Shown: one piece after another, positions 29,255 through 38,546 of the stretch
Numbering within the stretch: the stretch's first letter is position 1
Layout of the letters: each line of letters begins with the position of its first letter
Source of the DNA: an uncultured delta proteobacterium
Lineage (GTDB): Bacteria > Desulfobacterota > Desulfomonilia > UBA1062
Direction: 5' to 3'
Assembly (NCBI GenBank): GCA_963798485.1
Contig: CAWCTR010000024.1
Coordinates: 32,001 to 96,000, forward strand
DNA length: 64,000 nucleotides
Made by a program: the position numbers and the translations under genes
The notes under the pieces: model-generated
Databases searched by the model: none
What the model saw: the letters and a program-made list of their open reading frames with translations, nothing else
What the model was told of the DNA's origin: nothing

Positions 29255-31059
29255 GAATCTGTTGAAAAACCCCCAGCTGAACTTCGAGCAAGCAGCCGAT
29301 ATATTTTATCAGAAAATAGTTATTTAGCTATATTATCAAATGGTTATGTGATATAAAGATGTTGTCTTCAAGGGAAGGATTCTACCACCTCATCCGATAC
29401 CTGAGACGAAAGGACACCATGGCCAAGTATAAACCTTACACCTATGCACAGGACATGCTGATACCTGTTTCTCTCAAGGAACAGCTGATGCCGGGCAGCT
29501 TGGAGTATGCGATTCATACACTCGTGGATGAACGGATGGACGTGAGCCTGTTCGATGAGAAGTACAAGAACGACGACACAGGACGGCGAGCATACGACCC
29601 CCGGATACTGCTGAAGGTGGTTCTGCTCGGGTATTCCAGAGGGCTGATATCATCGAGGAAGATAGAGCAGGCATGCAAGGAGAACGTGGTGTTCATGGCT
29701 TTGAGCTGTGGGCAGTATCCTGACCACAGCACGATCTCGACCTTCGTGAGCTCCATGAAGGATGAGATCCTTCCATTGTTTCGGGATGTGCTTTTGGTCT
29801 GCGAGGAGACGAACCTGCTTGGGGGGACGTTCTTCGCACTGGACGGGTGCAAGCTCAAATGCAATGCCTCACCGGAGTGGAGCAGGACGATATCTGAGTT
29901 GAGGGCGAAGCGGGAGAAGCTTGAAGAGAAGGTGAAGGAACTGTTGACGGAGCAGGAGGAGGAAGACCGGAAGGACGATGATAAGAATCCCCCTGAAGAT
30001 CGCTCCTATCCTGGAAGGCAGATCGAGAAGCTGAAGAAGCAGGCTGACCGGATCGAGGCGTGGTTGAAGGAGAACGGGGAGCGGCTTGGGGTAAAGGGCC
30101 GGGAGATAAAGAGCAACCTGACGGACAACGAGTCATCGAAGATGGTCTCCTCCAATGGGACTATCCAGGGGTATAACGGACAGGCGCTGGTGGACTCAAA
30201 GAGACAGGTGATTGTTCATGCAGAGGCATTCGGAACTGGTGGTGATCATGATCTTGTTCCTCCGATGCTGGATGGGGCTATGGAGAACCTGAATAAGATC
30301 GGCCTCTCCCGGGATTATTTTAAAGGTACAACGTTCACAGCAGACAGCGGTTACCACAGCAAGATGAATATACAGAAATGCATGGATGAGGAGATTGATG
30401 CGTACATACCGGACAAGAGGTTCCGCACACGGGATCCTCGTTTCAATGGGAGGAAGGGCCGGTCGGTGAGAACACATTATGGACTGCAGGACTTCCGGTA
30501 CGATGAAGAGAGCGATCAGTATGAGTGCCCTAATGGAAAGATGTTAAGCCTGAAGGAAAGAAATCATGTATCAACAGGGAATCTCTACCGGGTATATCGC
30601 CCGCAGGAGCATGACTGTATGGAGTGTGAGGTTAAGTGGAAATGCATATACGGCAATGGCAGGGGTCCAAAAAACCTGATGGTTCCCATTGGACCGGATG
30701 GCAATAACCTCACCAAGGTCATGATAGAGAAGATCGAGAGTGAGAAAGGCCGCAGGATCTACCCTCAGAGAATGGCCATCGTGGAGCCGGTATTCGCCAA
30801 TATCCGGACCCACAAACGCCTTGACCGGTTCACCTTGCGAGGCAAGATCAAAGTGAACATTCAATGGCTGCTGTACTGCATGGTGCACAACATCGGAAAA
30901 ATAGCGAATTATGGGTTCGCCTAAAGGGGAATGATATGAGATGCGAGAGAAGAATTCAGAGAATGATCCGATAAAACCTTATCACTGAACATCCAGATAT
31001 CAACAACTTCAAAAAATCAGAGAATCCTTCAATACCCGAAACCCTTATTCAACAGATTC
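29255..31059 (+). mobile_element. IS1182-family insertion sequence, element B
   Basis: Terminal IRs GAATCTGTTGAA / TTCAACAGATTC; 3-bp target duplication CAA. Confidence 0.88.
29419..30924 (+). CDS. IS1182-family DDE transposase
   Basis: Same motifs as the 9673-11193 transposase; start chosen at MAKYK after AAGGA. Confidence 0.95.
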   Translation: MAKYKPYTYAQDMLIPVSLKEQLMPGSLEYAIHTLVDERMDVSLFDEKYKNDDTGRRAYDPRILLKVVLLGYSRGLISSRKIEQACKENVVFMALSCGQYPDHSTISTFVSSMKDEILPLFRDVLLVCEETNLLGGTFFALDGCKLKCNASPEWSRTISELRAKREKLEEKVKELLTEQEEEDRKDDDKNPPEDRSYPGRQIEKLKKQADRIEAWLKENGERLGVKGREIKSNLTDNESSKMVSSNGTIQGYNGQALVDSKRQVIVHAEAFGTGGDHDLVPPMLDGAMENLNKIGLSRDYFKGTTFTADSGYHSKMNIQKCMDEEIDAYIPDKRFRTRDPRFNGRKGRSVRTHYGLQDFRYDEESDQYECPNGKMLSLKERNHVSTGNLYRVYRPQEHDCMECEVKWKCIYGNGRGPKNLMVPIGPDGNNLTKVMIEKIESEKGRRIYPQRMAIVEPVFANIRTHKRLDRFTLRGKIKVNIQWLLYCMVHNIGKIANYGFA

Positions 31060-31328
31060 CAATAAACTATATGGTTATCTTTTCGTGTTAATATCGTTGA
31101 TACCGTGCCAGACATTCTGCTCTGGCTTGGAGTGATATTCTTTGTATGTTTCGAACCAAAATCTCCAGTATTAGGACCTTTGGAAAGCGCCAAGTTAGCG
31201 CAGATATCTACAGTTCGAAGTTCAAGACTAACTTATATCTCTTGCTGTATGCCCCTATAGTATAAATCAAACATCATTGTAAGGATGTCTTTGTGATGGA
31301 CATACGGTTATAAGAAGTTATTACATAA

Positions 31329-34130
31329 GTGAATTGCAAGCGAGTCATGCGCATTATGGAGAGCACCAATATGAAAGATAAAACAAAACAGCAGCTCATC
31401 GCAGAGTTGGCCGAGGCACACCAAAAGATTACAGAAATGGAGAATATTTCATCCAAATACAAAAAGGCTGAAGAAAAACTGAAGGAGATTGAAGCACGCT
31501 ACCGTGCCCTGTTTGATACATCTCCCGATCCCATCGTCATGTACGATCTTCAAGGCAACTACATCATGGTGAACAAACAGGCAGCCTCTGTTTATGGGGT
31601 AGAATCTCCAGAGATGTTCATGTCAAAGTTTAAAAACATCATGGATATCCTTGATGAAACCGGCCGCACTCAGGCGTTAATGAGGATTGATGATCTTTTA
31701 AAAGGCAGAGAAGTTCCATGGAATGAATATACATTTTTTATTAGGGATGGGAATTATCTCATTGGAGAGGTCAATTCGTCTATTATTCTGGATCATAATG
31801 ATAAACCTACAGCCATAATCAGCATTATACATGATATCACACAGCGTAGAATTTTAGAGGAAGCACTTAGACATAATGAGCAACAACTTCGACAAATCAT
31901 TGATTTGGTTCCCCACATGATATTTGTAAAAGATTGGGATGGGAAATATATCCTGGCAAATAAAGCTGTAGCAAATGGTTACAACAAGACCGTGAATGAA
32001 CTTGTGGGAAAATATCATTCCGATTTCCACCAGGATGCAGGTGAACTCCAACATATGTTACAAGATGACCGTGAAGTCATGACAAAGGGGGAGACCAAGT
32101 TCATTCCCGAGGAACCTTATACTGATGCCCAGGGGAATCAACGCTTCTTGCAGACCATAAAGGTTCCTTTTAATACTGTGGGGGAAAAACAGAAGGCAGT
32201 GCTCGGTGTTGCTTTAGACATCACCGAGCTTAAACGGTCTCAGTCGGAATTGCACCATAGTAACCTACTGCTGGAGCATGCCCAGGAGATTGCCAAGATA
32301 GGCTATTGGGAATTCAACCTGCAAAATAACTCCGTATGGGCATCTGCAGCGGCGCATCAGATTTATGGTATGAGTGCGCATGAGTGGACAATTGAGGAGG
32401 TTCAGAAGATCCCCTTGCCGGAGTATCGTCAAGCCTTGAATGAAAAGATGTTGGCCTTGGTCCAACGAGGGGAAAAATATGACATCGAGTTCAAGATAAG
32501 ACGCTTAACCGATGGAGCAATAGTAGATATCCATTCAATAGCCGAATACAAAGCATCCGAGTGCAAGATCTTCGGCATTATCCAGGACATCACAGAACGT
32601 AAGCGGGCGGAGAATGAGTTACGTGAAAGCGAGAACCGATATCGTCAATTAATAGAACAAGCTGCAGATGGTATTTTCGTAACTGATGCTGATGGGAGAT
32701 TCCTTATAGTGAATTCGAAGGCCTGCGAGATGCTCGGATATACAAAGGATGAACTGCATCAGCATAATATACTCGACACATACCCTGATGAACTTAGAGA
32801 CATTGGTCGGCAACGTCTTGATCATCTATATTCAGGTGAGAATCTGAGGTTTGAACGTCTTATGAAGCGGAAAAATGGTACTGTCTTTTTAGTAGAGGCG
32901 AGCGCATCAAAACTAGAGGATGGCAGGTTGCAAGCCATTATTCATGATATCACTGATCGCAAGCAAGTCGAGGAAGAAAAGAGGAGGCTAGAAATTAGGC
33001 TCAACCAAGCGCAGAAAATGGAAGCCATAGGAACATTGGCAGGTGGCATTGCTCATGACTTCAATAATATTCTCTCTGCCATTATCGGGTATGCCGAGCT
33101 TGCGATGAATGATGTATCAGACCCTACGAAAGCAAGGAACGAGCTTCAGGGAGTACTTAAAGCAGGTGATCGTGCCAAAAGCCTGGTGAAACAGATCCTT
33201 ACTTTCAGCCGTAAAGCCGAGACTAAGCATACACTAATAGCGCTCCAGGATATAATCGTTGAGTCAATCAAGATGATGCGGTCAATATTACCTTCAACAA
33301 TAGAGATCCGCCAGAATCTTTTAAATTACGGACTAGTCATGGGCGACACCACTCAGATTAATCAAGTAGTGATGAACCTCTGCACAAATGCTGCCCATGC
33401 CATGGATGAGACAGGAGGCGTGTTAGAAGTGAGCCTAAAAAGGGTGACTCTCCAAGATGTGTCACGTGATCTTACTCTTCCTCCTGGGCCTTACTTGAAC
33501 CTCTCCGTAAGCGATACTGGCCATGGCATGACCCCTGATATTATAGAACGGATCTTTGACCCCTATTACACCACCAAGGAATTGGGTCGTGGTACAGGCT
33601 TAGGCTTGTCGGTTGTTCATGGGATTGTGAATAATCATGGAGGCACTATCATCTGTAAGAGTGCACCAGGGAAGGGGAGCACATTTAATGTATATCTTCC
33701 AGAGATTGAATCAGAGCATAAAGAAGAGAAACTATTTGAAGAGAACCCTCTACCCACTGGAACCGAACGTATACTTTTCATTGATGATGAGGCTGCTCTG
33801 GTGGAAATAGCGGAAAAAATGCTCACTAACCTGGGATATAAAGTGGTCATTAGAACAAGCAGTACAGATGCCCTAAAGTTGTTCCAGGAAGATCCTAGCA
33901 GATTTGACTTAGTGATAACCGATATGACCATGCCAGGCATGACTGGGGATAAGTTGGCTCAAAATATCATAGCTGTTCGTCAAGATCTACCAATTATCCT
34001 TTGCACCGGATATAGTGAGCACATCTCTGAAGTGAAGGCAAAAGGAATAGGAATTAAAGAATTCATGATGAAGCCCTTGGAAATGAGCGAGTTGGCAAAA
34101 ACCATCCGAAAGGTGCTTGATGGTGGGTAA
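31329..34130 (+). CDS. Multi-PAS hybrid sensor histidine kinase/response regulator
   Basis: Four PAS/PAC units, H-box GIAHDFNN, N-box NLCTNA, GTGLGL, C-terminal receiver (DMTMPGMTG). Confidence 0.95.
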   Translation: MNCKRVMRIMESTNMKDKTKQQLIAELAEAHQKITEMENISSKYKKAEEKLKEIEARYRALFDTSPDPIVMYDLQGNYIMVNKQAASVYGVESPEMFMSKFKNIMDILDETGRTQALMRIDDLLKGREVPWNEYTFFIRDGNYLIGEVNSSIILDHNDKPTAIISIIHDITQRRILEEALRHNEQQLRQIIDLVPHMIFVKDWDGKYILANKAVANGYNKTVNELVGKYHSDFHQDAGELQHMLQDDREVMTKGETKFIPEEPYTDAQGNQRFLQTIKVPFNTVGEKQKAVLGVALDITELKRSQSELHHSNLLLEHAQEIAKIGYWEFNLQNNSVWASAAAHQIYGMSAHEWTIEEVQKIPLPEYRQALNEKMLALVQRGEKYDIEFKIRRLTDGAIVDIHSIAEYKASECKIFGIIQDITERKRAENELRESENRYRQLIEQAADGIFVTDADGRFLIVNSKACEMLGYTKDELHQHNILDTYPDELRDIGRQRLDHLYSGENLRFERLMKRKNGTVFLVEASASKLEDGRLQAIIHDITDRKQVEEEKRRLEIRLNQAQKMEAIGTLAGGIAHDFNNILSAIIGYAELAMNDVSDPTKARNELQGVLKAGDRAKSLVKQILTFSRKAETKHTLIALQDIIVESIKMMRSILPSTIEIRQNLLNYGLVMGDTTQINQVVMNLCTNAAHAMDETGGVLEVSLKRVTLQDVSRDLTLPPGPYLNLSVSDTGHGMTPDIIERIFDPYYTTKELGRGTGLGLSVVHGIVNNHGGTIICKSAPGKGSTFNVYLPEIESEHKEEKLFEENPLPTGTERILFIDDEAALVEIAEKMLTNLGYKVVIRTSSTDALKLFQEDPSRFDLVITDMTMPGMTGDKLAQNIIAVRQDLPIILCTGYSEHISEVKAKGIGIKEFMMKPLEMSELAKTIRKVLDGG

Positions 34131-34134
34131 TTTT

Positions 34135-34446
34135 TTATATCAGAGCTTCAATCCCTTTGCGATCCAAGATGTTGAGCAGTTTAAGGGATGGTCCACTTGG
34201 ATGTTTCTCGCCGATCTCCCATTTCTGAACTGTTGAAAGACTGGTATTGAGCATAGATGCAAGTACTGCTTGGCTCAATCGGTAGCGATCCCGCAACTTA
34301 CGTATCTGTTCAGCGTTATATTGGGGGACCGGTTCAATGCAAAGCGCATCATAGGACCGTAAAGACCTCTTGTCTATAAAACCAAGTGCATGGAGATCCT
34401 GAGCCGTTTCATGTACTGCTTCGAAAATTCTGCTTTTATGTTTCAT
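34135..34446 (-). CDS. HigA-like XRE HTH antitoxin
   Basis: LSQAVLA..STVQKWEIGEKHPSGPSLKLL; start overlaps the toxin stop. Confidence 0.88.
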   Translation of the reverse strand: MKHKSRIFEAVHETAQDLHALGFIDKRSLRSYDALCIEPVPQYNAEQIRKLRDRYRLSQAVLASMLNTSLSTVQKWEIGEKHPSGPSLKLLNILDRKGIEALI

Positions 34447-34813
34447 CGTGTACCTCCACCAGCGATCCTTGCCGGATTGCCTCAATCATCTGCTTGGTAG
34501 TCAATCGGAGCAAATCCGCGGCTAATGCTCGTAGTGCTTCCAGTTCCTTGCTCGTGATGTTGTCCCTTTCATTTTTCTCGAAGCCGAAAACAAAGAACCA
34601 ACGGTCGTCCCGATTGGTCGCCAGTAAAGTTCTTGTACTGCCTCTCTTTCCTCTACCAGGAAGAGCAACCCTCTTTTTAATGATTCCGCCGCCCAGATCT
34701 GCATCAAACAACCCTTCTTGTATTTCTCGAATAGCTGAGATCAATACTTTATCTCGTATTCCCGCCTTTGCAGCCCATCTTGAGAAATGCCTTGTTTTGC
34801 AATAGAAAACCAT
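34436..34813 (-). CDS. RelE/ParE-family (HigB-like) toxin
   Basis: DADLGGGIIKKRVA, GKRGSTRT, FGFEKNERDNI motifs; toxin precedes antitoxin. Confidence 0.88.
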   Translation of the reverse strand: MVFYCKTRHFSRWAAKAGIRDKVLISAIREIQEGLFDADLGGGIIKKRVALPGRGKRGSTRTLLATNRDDRWFFVFGFEKNERDNITSKELEALRALAADLLRLTTKQMIEAIRQGSLVEVHDET

Positions 34814-34822
34814 TTGACATTT

Positions 34823-34852
34823 TTCTATATCACTTAGTGATATAGAAGTCAA
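34823..34852 (-). promoter_or_regulatory. TA promoter with palindromic operator
   Basis: Perfect 12-bp IR TTCTATATCACT-T-AGTGATATAGAA; minus strand reads TTGACT-17 bp-TATAGA just upstream of the toxin ATG. Confidence 0.75.
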
Positions 34853-34893
34853 GAGTGTTCAAACATGTTACATTGTATTGGCATATAATGATA

Positions 34894-35056
34894 AGTGCCC
34901 ACATAATGTAACAGAATATTGGAGATGAAAAGAGCCCTGAAGAAAGGAGTGTGCCTATTTAGTGCCCACGACAAATAAACTTGACCCGATTCCACCCAAC
35001 TTCTACCAATATGCCATTTCCGATAACTCTTTGAAATCCTTTACTGGTGTGCCTTT
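34894..35056. repeat. Putative integrase arm-type direct repeats
   Basis: AGTGCCCAC at 34894 and 34961, TGTGCCTAT at 34950, TGTGCCTTT at 35048, all next to the tRNA fragment. Confidence 0.5.
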
Positions 35057-35086
35057 ACGGGCATGTAATATCAATGGGTTATCGCT

Positions 35087-35139
35087 CTTAAAATCCCTCG
35101 GAACTTAGTTCTGTGCCGGTTCAAGTCCGGCCTCGGGCA
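35087..35139 (+). other. 3' fragment of tRNA-Leu(UAA); probable attR of an integrative element
   Basis: Anticodon loop CTTAAAA, TCCCT, long variable arm GGAAC/GTTCT, T-arm GCCGG-TTCAAGT-CCGGC, acceptor strand CTCGGGC-A; 5' half absent. Confidence 0.88.
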
Positions 35140-35190
35140 CTCGTTTTAAAGCAATCCTAGCCCTTATTACACCAAAAAAGGAGTACAGAT

Positions 35191-35757
35191 ATGAAGGTTA
35201 TCGGCTTCAACGGCAGTCCAAGGAAAGACGGCAACACCACCACGTTGATAGGCTATCTCTTACGGGAGATCGAGAAAGAGGGCATTGAAACGGAACTCGT
35301 ACAGCTCTCGGCAAAGGCGATTCACGGGTGCATTGCCTGTTACAAGTGTTTCGAGAATAAGGACCGGCGGTGCGCCGTTAAGAACGATGCGGCGAACGAG
35401 TATATCGAAAAGATGACAACGGCTCAGGGTATCGTTTTGGGGTCTCCTTCCTATTTTCAGGACGTAACAGCGGAGATGAAGGCCTTGATCGACCGGGCGG
35501 GCTTCGTCGGATTGGCAAATGGGAGGATGTACAAGAACAAAGTTGGGGCTTCCCTATCCTGTTTTCGTCGCAGCGGAGGGATGCATACCATAGAAACCAT
35601 GAACCATTTCTTCTTCAGCAACGAGCTTATCATCGCCGGTCGGGCAATGAGCGTTGCCAGAGATAAGGGAGAGGTGGAAAAAGATGAGGAAGGCGTCCAG
35701 GTCGCGCAGACCTTGGGGCAAAAGATCGCCTGGATGGTGAAGAAGCTCAACGGTTGA
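35191..35757 (+). CDS. Iron-sulfur flavoprotein / NADPH-dependent FMN reductase family
   Basis: FNGSPRKDGNT, CIACYKC-x7-C, GSPSYF motifs. Confidence 0.9.
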   Translation: MKVIGFNGSPRKDGNTTTLIGYLLREIEKEGIETELVQLSAKAIHGCIACYKCFENKDRRCAVKNDAANEYIEKMTTAQGIVLGSPSYFQDVTAEMKALIDRAGFVGLANGRMYKNKVGASLSCFRRSGGMHTIETMNHFFFSNELIIAGRAMSVARDKGEVEKDEEGVQVAQTLGQKIAWMVKKLNG

Positions 35758-35763
35758 AACCGG

Positions 35764-36552
35764 TTAACGCATCAAGGGAACCACGATAATAAGTGCCCCC
35801 AATGCAAACCTGTACCAGACAAAGGGCAGAAAATCCTTTGTACTAATGTAGCGAAGTAAAAACCCGATACTCGCAATGCCGGTAACAAAAGAGACCAGCA
35901 TCCCCGCGATAAAGTTCATGGTGATTACCGAAGGGTTTGAAATCATGTATGGCAGCTTTACCAGGGCTGCGCCGAAGATGATGGGCGTGGACAACAAGAA
36001 TGAAAATCTGGCTGCACCCTTTCTGGTCAACCCTGTCATCAGCCCTGTGGTCATAGTAACACCCGACCGGGATACCCCTGGGATGATGGCCAGGGCTTGA
36101 GATATGCCGATTAACAAACCGGCCCCCAATGTAATGTTGCTCTCTTCGATTCTCTTCGCACCTTTCCGGTCTGCCCAGCAGAGAATAATACCCATGATAA
36201 TAAGCATGCAGGCAATCAGGAGAGGTTCCCTGAATACGGTTTCCGCCTTTTCCTCCAACAAAAAGCCTACAACAGCCCCTGGTATGCTGGCCAGGACCAG
36301 ATACCAGAACAAACGGCCTTCCCTGCTCTTGGCATTGCTGAATCCATGAATGAGCAATTGCAGCCAGTCTTTCCAAAAATAGATAAGCACCGCAACCAGT
36401 GTGCCTATATGCAGGGCGATGTCGAAGGTGAGCCCCGGGTCTGTCCAGTTGAAAAGCCAGGGGACCAAAACCAGATGAGCGGAGCTGGAAATGGGCAGGA
36501 ACTCTCCCAACCCTTGCACCAACCCCAATACTATTGCCTGTAATAGTGTCAA
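35764..36552 (-). CDS. uppP: Undecaprenyl-diphosphate phosphatase, copy 2
   Basis: VQGLGEFLPISSSAH, PGVSRSGVT, AARFSFLLS motifs. Confidence 0.93.
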   Translation of the reverse strand: MTLLQAIVLGLVQGLGEFLPISSSAHLVLVPWLFNWTDPGLTFDIALHIGTLVAVLIYFWKDWLQLLIHGFSNAKSREGRLFWYLVLASIPGAVVGFLLEEKAETVFREPLLIACMLIIMGIILCWADRKGAKRIEESNITLGAGLLIGISQALAIIPGVSRSGVTMTTGLMTGLTRKGAARFSFLLSTPIIFGAALVKLPYMISNPSVITMNFIAGMLVSFVTGIASIGFLLRYISTKDFLPFVWYRFALGALIIVVPLMR

Positions 36553-36759
36553 ATTCTATCTCCTCAATCAGAAATGATTAAACGGTGAAGTATGTTCAAA
36601 CACCCTATAAGCATGCTACTATGTTCACAGCACTTACATCTGTGCAACACTCCTATACTTGGGTATGGCAAAATGTTCAATTATCATAATCATACTGATG
36701 GAGACCATTATGGCAGGGCAGCTCAAACCATCCTGCATTAAGAAGGGAGAGGTGCCATA

Positions 36760-36988
36760 ATGCACTATAAAGTTGATTTTAATTCAATGCCCTGGGAATC
36801 ACCCATGGACGGCATGAGGCAGAAGATCCAAACATTCGGTAGCCGGCAGGTCAGGCTGGTGGAGTATGCAAAGGACTTTGTTCCTCACTGGTGCGAAAAA
36901 GGGCATACCGGCTATGTCCTTAAAAGGGCAGATGAAAATACGGTTCGATCATGAGACCCAGCTCTATTACCCGGGAGACTGCAAGTGA
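36760..36988 (+). pseudogene. Cupin-domain protein remnant (frameshifted and truncated)
   Basis: HWCEKGHTGYVL, then continuation GQMKIRFDHETQLYYPGD in another frame after CTTAAAAGGG. Confidence 0.65.
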
Positions 36989-37099
36989 AGGATTATCCCT
37001 GCGCGATTGAACATACTATCTCAAAAGCCACCATCTAAGCTGAGGGTTGACACCCGGGTTAAAGCAGACTATCAGAGGAAAAAACTGCGGAGGTTAGCC

Positions 37100-37543
37100 A
37101 TGATATCTACGATGAGAAACCGCATCCTTGCAACGTTTATAACCGCTTACATGATATTTTTTGTTACTTCACCGGCATTTGCCGCCCTGATCCCCTCTAT
37201 GGGTTCTTCACCACATACAGCGGGCGATTCTGTCCAAAAAGATATCAACACCATTCAACAGGCCCTGGAGACCAAGATGGTACAGGAGAAGCTGAAGGCC
37301 TATGGCCTCACATCCCAGGAGGTCGCAGCCAAACTCCCCGCCCTTACCCCGGACCAGATTCATACACTTGCCGCAGCATCCAATGACGTACTGGCAGGAG
37401 GAGATGGATTGGGAGTCATAATCGCCGTGCTCGTAATCATCATCCTCGTCATCATAATCATGAAGCTTTTGCACCATGACATTATCGTCAGAATGAGCAG
37501 CCTTGACAACTATACTCCTGCTGATTACGCTTATCTCAGCTGA
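37100..37543 (+). CDS. PA2779-like exported protein with a Gly-Gly motif and C-terminal hydrophobic helix
   Basis: GGAGG RBS; signal peptide; L..YGLT..EV..KL..LT..QI pattern; LAGG|DG followed by a TM segment. Confidence 0.8.
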   Translation: MISTMRNRILATFITAYMIFFVTSPAFAALIPSMGSSPHTAGDSVQKDINTIQQALETKMVQEKLKAYGLTSQEVAAKLPALTPDQIHTLAAASNDVLAGGDGLGVIIAVLVIIILVIIIMKLLHHDIIVRMSSLDNYTPADYAYLS

Positions 37544-37991
37544 TCCGGGATCATTCGAGATACAAGGCGTCCCTTTCGTGAAGCAGGATTCGCACTTCTG
37601 CGGTCCTGCTTCACTTGCTTGCGTGTTTGCCTATTACGGACTCGCCATAGACCAAGGTGCTATCGCCAAGGTTGTTTATACTGAAAAGCTCAAGGGCGCG
37701 CTCATTACTGATCTACAGAATTTTGCCCAAGGCCAGGGCTTTCAGACTCGCCTCAACCAGGGTACTATGGATGATATCAAGGCCTCTCTGAAAGAGAGAA
37801 CGCCTGTAATTGTGCTCGTGGATCTCGGCTTCTGGGTCTTCTCACAGCCGCACTATCTGGTGGTTACGGGTTTCAACGATAAGGGCTTCATTGCACATAC
37901 GGGCTATGAGGCATCCAAACCTTTTGGATATGCCGAATTCGAAAAGATATGGAAGAAAAAAGGCTCTGTTTACTTACTCGTCTGGCGCTGA
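37503..37991 (+). CDS. C39-like cysteine peptidase (PA2778-like)
   Basis: VPFVKQDSHFCGPASL (catalytic Cys) and QPHYLVVTG (His) motifs. Confidence 0.85.
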   Translation: MTTILLLITLISADPGSFEIQGVPFVKQDSHFCGPASLACVFAYYGLAIDQGAIAKVVYTEKLKGALITDLQNFAQGQGFQTRLNQGTMDDIKASLKERTPVIVLVDLGFWVFSQPHYLVVTGFNDKGFIAHTGYEASKPFGYAEFEKIWKKKGSVYLLVWR

Positions 37992-38410
37992 TGCCTGCTG
38001 TCATTGTTCTTGTATTAACGGCCTGCTCCATGCCAAGAATCGTGGTCATGAACGACCCCCTGAGCGCAAAGGAGCATATTGATCTCGGTTTGGCCTATGA
38101 GCACAAGGGCATGCTCGACCTTGCAGAGAAAGAGTACCTGAAGGCTGCTGATAAACAGGATACCTGGGCAGTGCCTTACTTCAACCTCGGCAACATCGCT
38201 TACCGGGAAAAGGACCTGAAGGCTGCTGAAAAGTATTACCGTAAGGCCCTGGAATTGGATAAACAAAACCCGGACATCATGAACAACCTTGCAAACCTCC
38301 TGCATGATATGGGCCGCAACGAAGAGGCCATGGCGCTCATCGACAAGGCCCTGGTTATCCAGCATAAGGCCGAATACCTAGACACAAAACAGAAGATTAC
38401 AGGGCCGTAG
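37949..38410 (+). CDS. TPR-repeat lipoprotein (start may be 37991)
   Basis: Lipobox LTAC; three TPR repeats. Confidence 0.85.
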   Translation: MEEKRLCLLTRLALMPAVIVLVLTACSMPRIVVMNDPLSAKEHIDLGLAYEHKGMLDLAEKEYLKAADKQDTWAVPYFNLGNIAYREKDLKAAEKYYRKALELDKQNPDIMNNLANLLHDMGRNEEAMALIDKALVIQHKAEYLDTKQKITGP

Positions 38411-38431
38411 GGGCAGCCCTTGTGGCTGCCC
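38407..38431 (+). repeat. GTAG-type REP palindrome (family 1)
   Basis: GTAG-GGGCAGCC-CTTGT-GGCTGCCC; its TAG is the stop codon of the TPR gene. Confidence 0.85.
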
Positions 38432-38546
38432 TTTTGACCGTCTCTGCTGCTATGTATACTATTGTGGAATATTGCCGGCATAATTATAATCTCTCAAGGT
38501 AATTGCAGAACAACCATTAGACTGTTACACACAATCGAGAATATGT

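Noticed and set aside
9520-31059. Composite transposon formed by the two IS1182 elements
   Set aside because: Each IS has its own target duplication (GGT, CAA) and different IRs, which indicates independent insertions
35060-35145. Functional tRNA-Leu gene
   Set aside because: No 5' acceptor strand, D-arm or 5' anticodon stem upstream of CTTAAAA; it is only a fragment
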